Positions 17,894-27,600 of a stretch of 64,000 nucleotides of DNA are shown here, piece after piece. The stretch's first letter is position 1; each line of letters starts with the position of its first letter. The stretch covers positions 102,960-166,959 of the forward strand of contig CAYJKP010000002.1 in assembly GCA_964371245.1 (NCBI GenBank). Reading direction: 5' to 3'. Below the pieces are notes generated by a model that was not told where the DNA came from, did no database searches, and saw only the letters and a program-made list of their open reading frames with translations. Both the position numbers and the translations under genes were made by a program. This stretch comes from an uncultured Gammaproteobacteria bacterium (GTDB lineage Bacteria > Patescibacteriota > Patescibacteriia > JAHIZJ01).

Positions 17894-19333
17894 TCATATT
17901 TTTCTAACCACTCCTTTTGTGGCGTCAACTTCCACCCAATCGCCGTCTCGGAAAACCTTCGTGGCAATCCGCGTGCCAACGACGCAGAACTTGTGCATTT
18001 CCCGCGCCACGATCGCCGCGTGGCAGGTGATCCCGCCCTCATCCGTGACAATAGCCGCCGCCCGCTTCATCACCGGCACATATTCCGGCAGCGTCATGCC
18101 GCAGATCAGGACGTCGCCAGCTTTCACCTTTTGACGCGCTTCAGCCACGCCATTACACACCCGCGCCCGCGCCCGGACAATGCCTTTGGTGACGCCGACG
18201 CCCTTTACGGCCGTATCAGTACGCTTAAAAGAGCCAAGTGCTTGGTTTCGTCCTGCCAGCGCGCGCGGTCCGCTCATAATTACGAAACTCGACCGATCAG
18301 CCAGTACGTAGAGCGTTTTTTTTCGGCGCAACAGCTCAGTCCGGTCAAAATTTCGACCGCGAAAAAAACGAATTATTTCCTGAGAATAAAACCATTCCAA
18401 ATCATTAACCGTGACTTTCAACCGACGCGCTGCCTCACGCAACCAGAGGTGAAACGCATACATAGTTCGGCACTGCATCTCTTTCCGCCGATCATGATAA
18501 TACGAATAACGATCAAGCACGCCGAGCCAGTATTTTACGGCAGGCGCGCAATGATATCGACGCAGTATTTCCGTTCGGTTTTTGGCCGCAAGGGACGGCA
18601 ATCGCGCCATCCGTTTTAGTCTTTGTTGCGTCGGCCGGTTTCGAAGATACTGAAGTATTTTTTTCAGGTAAATATTTTCGTTGACATAGTTCACCTGCTC
18701 CCAGCCAAGTCCCGTCCACCAAAAACGCTCATAGAGCCTGGAAACATCAGCGGCCGGCAAGCCCTTTTGTATTGCCCGCTCAATCGCCAGTTCTTCCTCG
18801 GCCACATACGTCTGATGGATCGGGATGGATAATTTTTTAAACAGAGCGGTATATTGTTTTTCAGATAGACGAATCGGAACGTTCTGACGGATTCTTTCGT
18901 ACAAAAAATTCTCGAGCAACGCATCAACCGCGTCAATATCAATATCCAAAAAACCGTGGGCCGGGCCGGTTTCCTGAAATAGCCACTGCTGAAGCTTAAT
19001 TAGTTCCGGCTGGCTCAACCCTCGCAGATCGAGATGGCGCGTCCGTTCCGCGGCTCGATTCGCCCGATCAATGACGTTTTGGATCGCCCGAAAATGGCGT
19101 TCTTGTCCCACCCGGGTGGAACATTTTCGGATGATGCTTTTTCCAACCGCGAATAGCTGTGCCTCGTCCCAGGCCCAGGTTAAATTCAAGCCATGGCTCG
19201 TGTGAAGTACTCGATCAATTCGTGTCCCATTGTACTTCGTACCAAACACCTGCACGCCGCGCAAGGCAATTTCCAGTCGGTAGGGCGGTACAACACCGCG
19301 GGTGAACGTGAACCACATAATATTCTTTGGCAT
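17894..19333 (-). CDS. PEP-utilizing enzyme mobile (phospho-His swivel) domain protein
   Basis: C-terminal 'GDVLICGMTLPEYVPVM..AAAIVTDEGGITCHAAIVARE'; helical N-terminal region without a recognisable ATP-grasp. Confidence 0.85.
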   Translation of the reverse strand: MPKNIMWFTFTRGVVPPYRLEIALRGVQVFGTKYNGTRIDRVLHTSHGLNLTWAWDEAQLFAVGKSIIRKCSTRVGQERHFRAIQNVIDRANRAAERTRHLDLRGLSQPELIKLQQWLFQETGPAHGFLDIDIDAVDALLENFLYERIRQNVPIRLSEKQYTALFKKLSIPIHQTYVAEEELAIERAIQKGLPAADVSRLYERFWWTGLGWEQVNYVNENIYLKKILQYLRNRPTQQRLKRMARLPSLAAKNRTEILRRYHCAPAVKYWLGVLDRYSYYHDRRKEMQCRTMYAFHLWLREAARRLKVTVNDLEWFYSQEIIRFFRGRNFDRTELLRRKKTLYVLADRSSFVIMSGPRALAGRNQALGSFKRTDTAVKGVGVTKGIVRARARVCNGVAEARQKVKAGDVLICGMTLPEYVPVMKRAAAIVTDEGGITCHAAIVAREMHKFCVVGTRIATKVFRDGDWVEVDATKGVVRKI

Positions 19334-19384
19334 ATCACATAAATACTGCGACCCTTTCGGATCGTTGGTGATTATATACAGACA

Positions 19385-20314
19385 TTATTTTATTGCCTTT
19401 TCAACCTTTAGCTCCCGCCGGGACAAGTAAAAGAAGAATCCCACCACGATAAATGTGATTACCGGCGACACCCATGAGTAGATATGGACGCTGAAGCTTT
19501 CGAGTACCATGATCAAACCGAGCAGGCCGATCGAATACATGGCGCCGTTTTTCAAATAGGCGTATTTTTTTACCGTATGTATTCCGTGGACGGTCAAATA
19601 CCGGACAATGAACGCGCCGATGCCGTTTCCCACCAAAATAAGCGGCACGGAGATGGTGAAGGCAAACGCGCCGAGCACGCCGTCAACTGAAAACGAAGCG
19701 TCAATAAGTTCAAGATAGAGAACCTTGCTGATGTCGCTCAAGTGCCCGTGCATCATCTGTTTTTCCTTTTCCTCGGCGTTTCGTTTAAATCCGCTGACGA
19801 TGAAGAAAGCGGTTGACCCGACGACCGTGCCCAGAGCGATCAGGGGATTCAGCCGGATGGTCGACCAGACGATAACCAATAAAATAACAGAGGCAATGGC
19901 ATAGAACCAGAACCCGAGTTTGTGATGGATGTGCCGCTCGATGAAAAAAGCATATTTTTTTTCCTCTAAAAAAAGCCAGTGTAAAAATAAAAAAATCAAA
20001 AAAATGCCGCCGCCGGCCAGTAGGATCGGCGCCTGTTTCTCGATCGCTTCCTTCGCCCCGCTACCCTGGGAAAAGGTCGCAATAAATGTCTGGCCAATGG
20101 TTATGCCGGGCGTTGAGAGATACACGATCAGCAACGGCAACAGACCGCGGATGACGAAGACGGCGAAAAATATGCCGTATATCAAAAACCAGCGCCGCCA
20201 GCGCTCGGACATCGTTCCGAGCACGTCGGCGTTCACCACGGCGTTATCGACGCTCGTAATTACCTCGAACAGCGTCAGGCCGAGAACGACAACGATAATA
20301 CTTTCAAAACTCAT
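19385..20314 (-). CDS. DUF475 / TerC-like integral membrane protein
   Basis: FEVITSVDNAVVNA, YLELIDASFSVDGVLGAFA, YLKNGAMYSI. Confidence 0.88.
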   Translation of the reverse strand: MSFESIIVVVLGLTLFEVITSVDNAVVNADVLGTMSERWRRWFLIYGIFFAVFVIRGLLPLLIVYLSTPGITIGQTFIATFSQGSGAKEAIEKQAPILLAGGGIFLIFLFLHWLFLEEKKYAFFIERHIHHKLGFWFYAIASVILLVIVWSTIRLNPLIALGTVVGSTAFFIVSGFKRNAEEKEKQMMHGHLSDISKVLYLELIDASFSVDGVLGAFAFTISVPLILVGNGIGAFIVRYLTVHGIHTVKKYAYLKNGAMYSIGLLGLIMVLESFSVHIYSWVSPVITFIVVGFFFYLSRRELKVEKAIK

Positions 20315-20368
20315 GCTATATATTTTGCCTGAAAAACGGAGACTTGTAAAGATGTGTTTACAATAAAC

Positions 20369-20394
20369 GTAGGCGAGCCTTAAGGCTCGCCTAC
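20369..20394. repeat. Perfect 26-bp palindrome, GTAG-type REP or terminator
   Basis: GTAGGCGAGCCTTAAGGCTCGCCTAC. Confidence 0.6.
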
Positions 20395-20419
20395 AGAAAA
20401 TATCCTATACGTAATCTTT

Positions 20420-21799
20420 TTACTGCACCAACATCAGCCGATTCTTCTCTTTCTTCACTGGCACCCACTTGAAGCTGCCAGTCACCGAGTCGATATAGGC
20501 AACTTTCAAATATTTACGGCCGAGGAGATTAGCCAGTTTCGTCCCAATCCGGGCTGAATCCGACTCGAGCATTTGGAGGCGCTGTTTTAACAGGTATTGG
20601 AGCCAGAGGCTGTAAAATACCGGGTCGGTCGGCTGGGCGTCGAACTGAGTCAATGATTCTGGTCCGTATTTCTCTTTCAAATAATCCCGAAACACACTGT
20701 CGGTTTTCATAACCATAGCTAAATCCTGAGTTTTCGCCAAAACGTGCAAGAACGCTATCACTCGGTTTCGGTTATTGCCTCGAATTGCCTCTTCAAATTC
20801 CGGCCGGATGTTCAGCTGTTCCCGGCCGACTCGTTTCAGAATATTTTTTTCCTCCTCGTAGATCGCCTTTTGCTCATCCGGGTTTTGGGAGTAGATTTTC
20901 AGGAGATTCTCGACACCAAGGTGGCTTGGCTTGGCGTTTGTTTGCTCCGCCGCTGGCCGAGCACCGACGGTAGCCGGAGCGGCGCCGGCCTTGCTTCGGT
21001 TGTAATCAGCGTCGTATTTTTCGACTATGTCATACCATTTTTCCATTCGTTTCTGCTCTTCCCGCTCTTTTTCGCTGTATTTTTCTAATACGCCGCCGCG
21101 AATCGTGCCCGTTGCAGCCGGATCATCGACCGGCACGGCGGATTCAAAACCGGCCGGCGAATCAGACGGCGTCTTCAGATACTCGAGGAACTCAAAGAAA
21201 GACCGCAAGCGCTCGCGCGACTCTTTGCCTAGCGCTTTCGTGTTTTGGCTGTTAACGAGATATTCCGACAGGCGGATTGACGTAATCTGTTGGGTACCTA
21301 GCGCAATCACCTCGTCAAGCGCCCAATTTTTTACCGTTCCAGCCTGCTCTTTGCCGTCTTTGGTGACTGATTCATGCGTTAAGACCTCAGTATTGTTCCG
21401 GATGGCCTCGAGAATTTCTTTTCTCAGCGCATTTCTGTCCTCGAGACGGACGAACGTAACCAGCTTGTGCTTCAATTTCTCGATTAAATTAAAGTCGGGG
21501 ATCTGCCACGTTAAGATATAGTGGTCCTGAAACAAGGGGATAATGACCGGTTCGCGGTACCAGGGCAAGGCGATCCAACGCAGCTTCCACTGCAGGGTTT
21601 CGTACTCCTTATAGACGGCGGCGTCACTGGTCGGCAGCTCCGGACGCGCGGCCAGGTTGCGGGCGATTACCTCGGCCAATTCAAACGCCTGCTCGCCCAT
21701 GTCATATTTCGCGCAAACGCTAAAAGAATCCTGAAACCTGGCTAGTGTCTCGGGGCTTTCAAATGCTTTGGCTTGGTTGTTTGGTGTTGCGTCGACCAT
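20420..21799 (-). CDS. Hypothetical alpha-helical protein (459 aa)
   Basis: Long ORF starting 5 nt after the VirB6-like gene stop. Confidence 0.75.
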   Translation of the reverse strand: MVDATPNNQAKAFESPETLARFQDSFSVCAKYDMGEQAFELAEVIARNLAARPELPTSDAAVYKEYETLQWKLRWIALPWYREPVIIPLFQDHYILTWQIPDFNLIEKLKHKLVTFVRLEDRNALRKEILEAIRNNTEVLTHESVTKDGKEQAGTVKNWALDEVIALGTQQITSIRLSEYLVNSQNTKALGKESRERLRSFFEFLEYLKTPSDSPAGFESAVPVDDPAATGTIRGGVLEKYSEKEREEQKRMEKWYDIVEKYDADYNRSKAGAAPATVGARPAAEQTNAKPSHLGVENLLKIYSQNPDEQKAIYEEEKNILKRVGREQLNIRPEFEEAIRGNNRNRVIAFLHVLAKTQDLAMVMKTDSVFRDYLKEKYGPESLTQFDAQPTDPVFYSLWLQYLLKQRLQMLESDSARIGTKLANLLGRKYLKVAYIDSVTGSFKWVPVKKEKNRLMLVQ

Positions 21800-21804
21800 A
21801 AATT

Positions 21805-24594
21805 TTATAAGACTACTGGTGGCTCATGCGCCGTGGCCGGTGCCTCTTGGTGCGTCTCGCTATAGCCCGTTACTACCCGGTCAACATTATCCAGTTTCAT
21901 GCCTTCCTTACCTGCGAAATCACGCAACTTACTTAAAAACACATCATAATTTTCCATAACGAAATCCTTGTAGTGCGCTTGGAATTCAGCTGGTGTTTCG
22001 GCGTCAATATTCGATTTTTTTATCGCATCCCGATTGGCTTCAAAATATCGCGTCACCACATCGATATTATTCTGTTCTACACCCGCCTGCACGTCAACCA
22101 TTTCGCGTATCGGTCCGGTAAGTAGCCCTTGGTTATATTCGTTCGTTAAATGACGGGCATTGCTGACATTAAACCGCTCTTTGCCGATCGAGCTGGCAAT
22201 CGCCGGCCATTTTTCCGCGATCATCTTCGCGCCATACCCGGTCAGCTTGCCGTATCGTTCGCTCTCTGGATTGGTTGGATCTTTCAGGTATTCATCCATG
22301 AAACCAAGCCTGTTGAATCGCCGCAGCGCGGTTTCAAAGTCCTGTTTACCCATCTCCGTGTCCACGCGCAGATTTTGAAGTTTGCGCGAACGCTGATGAA
22401 GCGTTCCATCGGAAGTCGTACCGATCGCTTGTCCGACGTTCCAATGCCCCGTCTGCTCAGCTACGTTGCTGACATCGTTTTCGAGGGCATAGGCCACCTG
22501 CTGATTCATTTTTAGCTTCTTGATAAAGGCTTCGCGGATGAACGCGTGCATACCCTGCAGGCCGGAGGGCAGCTGCTCGCCCGCTTTGATGATCGCCTGT
22601 CCGCCATGCTCAAACTCTTCCTTTATCTTATCGGCCGACATGCCCTTTGTAAAATCATCAAACTCCGTTTTGCTCATCAGGCCCTTTTCCCGATGTTCAT
22701 AATAATCCTCGGTCGGCTTATAGGAATAATTTACGACTTCGTTCTCATGGCCAACGCGCGCCGCTTGCAGCAAGATCGCGCGCGCCGCCGCCATATCGCC
22801 CCGGGCAATGGCGCCCTTCATCAGGGAGATCAGCTCTTCCTCGCTGGAGGTATTGTATTTCTTGCTTTCTTCCGCGTCCTGGGCGCGCCGCAGCTGCTGG
22901 GCCATAAAATCGCGCGGCTTGTACGCTTCGTATTTCGCGACCACTTCCTTTAACGAGGCGACTGCCCTTGCTTCCTGGTCGCGCAGGGCCGTTAATTGTT
23001 TGTATTCTTCGCCGCCTATTTCTTTCGTCGCGCGAGCTCGGGCGACTTCCTCGGACAAGTCTTTATCATTGGCCATTAACTCTCCCGTTCGAGCATCAAT
23101 CTCGTCCTTATGCGCCTCCTCGTAACTCGTCATTCTGGATTTCGCCACGTTCAGTTTTTCTTCGCCCTCGGTCAGCCTACGCTCTGCCCTGCCTTGCGGT
23201 ATCCGGCGGCCCCAAGTTTTAAAACCATGATTATAGAACAGGCCTTGCATGTAGGTTTCAACCAACGACGGCGCGCCAGCACCGGAAATCGGCGCGAGAA
23301 AACCGCCTTTGCGTAATCGTTCTTCGGCAAATATTTTCCCTTCCCGTTCTTCTTTCGCCCGCTTTAAGACCATACCTTCTTTTATGTTCCGATAGACATT
23401 GACCGGATTGAACTCAAGGCCTTTCCCGACGCGGCCAGGCAGAGCGCCAGATTTAATTTTACGTGCTCCCCAGGCATACGCGGTTCCCGGAGCTCGAGCC
23501 AGCCACGCACCCGTGGCCGCCGCCATTCCACCGGCGACTTTTGACCCTAGTCCGCTTCCGAGCGTGCGCGTCTGCTGGGCGGCCATGACCGCAGCGTACA
23601 GTAGGCCGATAGTCACAAAATAACTCATGAGATTGTCCGAGGTCGACATTTCCGAGATCCCCGCGGCTAAACCGGTTGATTGCTGTCCTGCTTCGACAAA
23701 CGCTCGCGTGCCCTCCGGTATGCCCTGGGTAATCTCTCGACCGACATTGCCCGGATTTGTCGCCATAACCGCCATTGCGAGCCATAGATAAAAAGCAATA
23801 ATGGGTCCGACGGTCACGTAATTTCCAAACGTACTCCACCACTGGGTGGCCGCCTTCTTCAACGGACTGATCATTTCCCCAAGATAGGCCAGGGGCGATA
23901 GCACCACCAGGATCCAAAGCACGATGATTCGGCCGAGTAAAATAAAGATGATCATCAGCACGGCGCCGATCATAAACAGTAACAGAAAGATACCGAGAGC
24001 GACGGCAGCGAATGCCTCACCGACGCTGGCGATCGCGCCCGTATCAGTTTCCTGGGCAAACATGAGCACCTTCTGCAAACCACTGGAAGTTGTTAAATTC
24101 GCGGCGGCCGCATCGGCGAAACGCGAGGTAAATGTATTCATGATGACCTGGCACAGATCGATGAAAAAGCCGGCGATGGTCTTCGAAAAGTTCAGCAAGA
24201 ACGCCATAATGATAAACTTCGGCAGGGTGCGCTTATAATGATAACTTTCGATCCGGAGCACCGTGCCCCAAGAAATGGCCAGCAGGATCAAAACAAGAAA
24301 GACGTTGCACATATCGCGTACCACCACCCAGCCCTTCTGTACAGCCGTCGTGTCAACAAAGTTATTAAACTGAACAAACGCCAGCATGATGTTGATCAGG
24401 ACAACGAGCAGTTTCCCGAGCAGCGAGAGAATCATAAAGAACGGATAGGTCACCCACATCAGGATCCGATCGGTTATGCCCATCGCGGCGTGAATCGGCG
24501 TCCAGGTCACGAGAATACCAGCCAATACGAAAATACAGACGATCAGAATCGTGAGGCGCTGGGTTTTTCTTGTGGGTTGAAAGTTGATTTTCAT
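21805..24594 (-). CDS. VirB6/TrbL-like polytopic membrane protein with long C-terminal soluble extension
   Basis: 'GWVVVRDMCN', 'LLNFSKTIAGFFID', 'RIIVLWILVVLSPLAY', 'WW..F' pattern typical of CPR VirB6-like proteins. Confidence 0.72.
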   Translation of the reverse strand: MKINFQPTRKTQRLTILIVCIFVLAGILVTWTPIHAAMGITDRILMWVTYPFFMILSLLGKLLVVLINIMLAFVQFNNFVDTTAVQKGWVVVRDMCNVFLVLILLAISWGTVLRIESYHYKRTLPKFIIMAFLLNFSKTIAGFFIDLCQVIMNTFTSRFADAAAANLTTSSGLQKVLMFAQETDTGAIASVGEAFAAVALGIFLLLFMIGAVLMIIFILLGRIIVLWILVVLSPLAYLGEMISPLKKAATQWWSTFGNYVTVGPIIAFYLWLAMAVMATNPGNVGREITQGIPEGTRAFVEAGQQSTGLAAGISEMSTSDNLMSYFVTIGLLYAAVMAAQQTRTLGSGLGSKVAGGMAAATGAWLARAPGTAYAWGARKIKSGALPGRVGKGLEFNPVNVYRNIKEGMVLKRAKEEREGKIFAEERLRKGGFLAPISGAGAPSLVETYMQGLFYNHGFKTWGRRIPQGRAERRLTEGEEKLNVAKSRMTSYEEAHKDEIDARTGELMANDKDLSEEVARARATKEIGGEEYKQLTALRDQEARAVASLKEVVAKYEAYKPRDFMAQQLRRAQDAEESKKYNTSSEEELISLMKGAIARGDMAAARAILLQAARVGHENEVVNYSYKPTEDYYEHREKGLMSKTEFDDFTKGMSADKIKEEFEHGGQAIIKAGEQLPSGLQGMHAFIREAFIKKLKMNQQVAYALENDVSNVAEQTGHWNVGQAIGTTSDGTLHQRSRKLQNLRVDTEMGKQDFETALRRFNRLGFMDEYLKDPTNPESERYGKLTGYGAKMIAEKWPAIASSIGKERFNVSNARHLTNEYNQGLLTGPIREMVDVQAGVEQNNIDVVTRYFEANRDAIKKSNIDAETPAEFQAHYKDFVMENYDVFLSKLRDFAGKEGMKLDNVDRVVTGYSETHQEAPATAHEPPVVL

Positions 24595-24620
24595 TATTTG
24601 CCGATGAATCGACGTCTTCG

Positions 24621-27600
24621 TTATTGCGTGATTACGACACTGCCGTCAAAAAGGCTATTGCAATACGCACCCGCACCTTGACACTGCCCCTGATTTTGAC
24701 AGATATTCAGCGGGGTCGTGCCACCGCGACAGGCGCCCACGCAGGTACCACCGCCACAGTTCAGATCGCTCGAGCAATCAGTGCCGTCGTTGTCGCAATA
24801 CCCGCTGCCCTTGTCCCAGTTATCTTCGACAAAGACACGGACAAAGCAGGTATCGGGACCGCCGCCGGCTGCTCCGCAATCCCCATAGGTATAGTCATGT
24901 GTCAAGGTATGATACGGCCCATTCGGGTCTGACCGCGGCGGGATACCGGGATTCTTTGGAAATGATTCCCAGTGGTTATTGCCCCAGTCAACAACAAACT
25001 TCTTGATCGGCATTTGCTCGGGGTCGACCATGGAATTGAAGGTGACCGTGGCCGTCCCTGATCCATTCTTGATTTGCACCGGCCCGGTCCGGCCGTTAAT
25101 CTTAATATTGAACACTGTTGGTTGCGCCCAGCAAAAATCAAACGGAAAACCGGTGATGTCATTCGGTCGATTATCCGACATGCCGTTTGAACCGTTGTGC
25201 ACTTTGCATTGATCCATTGCCTCAAATGCATCCGAGTAGGCGGCCTTGAATGAATTCAGGCTGAGGTCCGGCTCATACTTGGCCTCGGTCGGGTCTGGCG
25301 CTGAATCAGGCAAACCATTGCAGTATTGTAGTTGTTTGCTTTGGCCATGCTGCGCTTGGATATGGCCGAGCGTGCAATTATCACCCGATCGGATACCGCC
25401 CTCGCACTCCCAGTCAGCGCATTCGGCAACAACTCCGGGTGCGCACGCGCCCGGCACCTCACAACAATCCGCCGCATCCTGGCCGACCCGGCACGGATTA
25501 CCCAGTAACTCGCCGCCCGTGCAAATACCATTGTATTGGATACATGACCCGCCGGAAATACCCGTGCAATTTGAGTCAGAGGCGCAGGCTTGGCCGCACC
25601 AATAGCCACAACCGGGTGGATTACCGTTTTCATTCCAACCGCAGATCGCCTCGGCGCAAGAACCTTCAGGGCAATCCCCCTGTCCTGAGCACGGTCGTCC
25701 AGCGTTAGTGCCACCGACGCAGACTTTATCGACACAGGAACTTCCAACTTCGCATGAACCGCTACCGCACGGTAAGCCGCTCGTGCTGCATCGTTCCTTC
25801 TCTTCGCAAACCCCACCGTTACATACGCCGGCGTCACAACGGGCGTTATTTAAGCGGCAGATATCAGCGTTTCCGAGACAGGCGGCACCGCCGGGACATG
25901 GATTGGTCGGCTGATTATTTGAGGCACATAGCGTCGTGGCTTGATTGGAGCAGACACCGTCGGCGCAGAAGCCGCTTCGACAATCGCATTGGCCAACTGC
26001 ATCATAGGTGCACTTTGAATTGGCATTACAGGAATAACCGGCTGGACAGGCATTAGCCGGCTGACAGGTCTGTGTGTGGTCGCCCGAGCAGCGTGGCCGA
26101 TTCCAACATACTTGGGCTGGGTTCGCGTACAGGCAGAATATTCCGGCATTACAATTAGAATCATCAATGCACTGCGTCCCAGGATAATCGCCCCAGCCGT
26201 CGACATTATTATCGCAATATTTCGAACAATTCTGGCCACCGTTGCATTCCTCCCCCGTATCACGGCATATTGAAATGTTGACGCAGCTTCCTTCGTTCGG
26301 ACAGTCGCAGGCTGCCGGCACATTCGAGACACATTTCTTCAGTGCGCCCTGGGTCAGACATGTGGACCCAGTCGGACAATTGTTGGCAATATTACACTGG
26401 TCGCTACCCGCGTCCGTTCCCCCGACGCACCGTTGGGCGACACAGGCATTACCGCCGCCCGGGCAGGCGCCGAGGCCGCACGGGATGGTTGGATCATTAC
26501 TGCAGCGCTGGCTCAGCTCGCAGACCTCGCCAGCCGCGCAGCCGCACGGCGTCATCGGACTTGGGTTGTCGGGGTCAATGCTAATACAGAGCTGACCCGA
26601 ACACACGCCATTGCCGATATTACACTCGTCATTGTTTTCACACCCAGTTCCTCTGAAGGGGTATTGCGGGTCATTGGCTTTGAAGCAGCCCATCGTCGTG
26701 ATGTCGACGCATTTGCCGTCAGACCATACCCAGACGCCATAGACATCAGCAAAGATCCGCTGGATGCGACGCAGCCCTAAGCCCCCGCCCGTGGCCGTGT
26801 AATTTGTCGGCGGCTGGTTGGGTGGTGGCGGTTCGCCTGGGGTTAATGGGCCGCTGAATTGTTCCGTCGTTGTATAGCGATTTGGGAAGACGTCATCACA
26901 AATGGTTATTTCCGATCGGTCATAACGGAAGCCAGTCCACCAGCCCCAGCTATACAACCGTTTATTGGCTTTATGCTTGCATGAATATGGAACGCCAGCG
27001 CGCGGATAGCTAAGATAATCCACCTCATCAAAGCCGTGTTCAACGCCCCGGTACGGCGACCAGCCCCAGTCCTGAGCGAAGGGCGAGAATGAACCGCCGC
27101 CTGTTTGCTGCTGCGGATCCCACCATAGGTAGATGATTGGTTGGTATTTTGAGCCCAGGTCTTTCGTCATTTCATACGGATTGCCCCAGACTGACGTGTA
27201 GTCTGTGTCCCAGGTCGCCGGATCGCCCGGCACGTTGGTCACGTTATTCCCAGCGTGTCCAACTGAACCAGGATAGGTCAAACTGCCGTATGGATTCGCA
27301 TCATCGTCAAAGGTAACGCCAAGATCCCAGATCTGGGAATAATTCCCCTTGATCCGTTCGGCCCAAGCTTTGTTCGCGCCGCTCGGATCGACTGTCTGGC
27401 CGATCACGTCGCAACGGAACGCGAGCACCTCGCCGATGTTTCCCGGCCAGGCTTCGCCGAGATGATTATGGCTCAGCCAACCGTCAAATGGTTGCCAGAC
27501 ACCCGGTGCGATTGGGTTGAGGCCGTTTTGGTGGTTCGAATCCCACCAGTTATACTGGAGGTTTTCACCGCCGCCGCCGCTGTGCGACCAGTATTCACAG

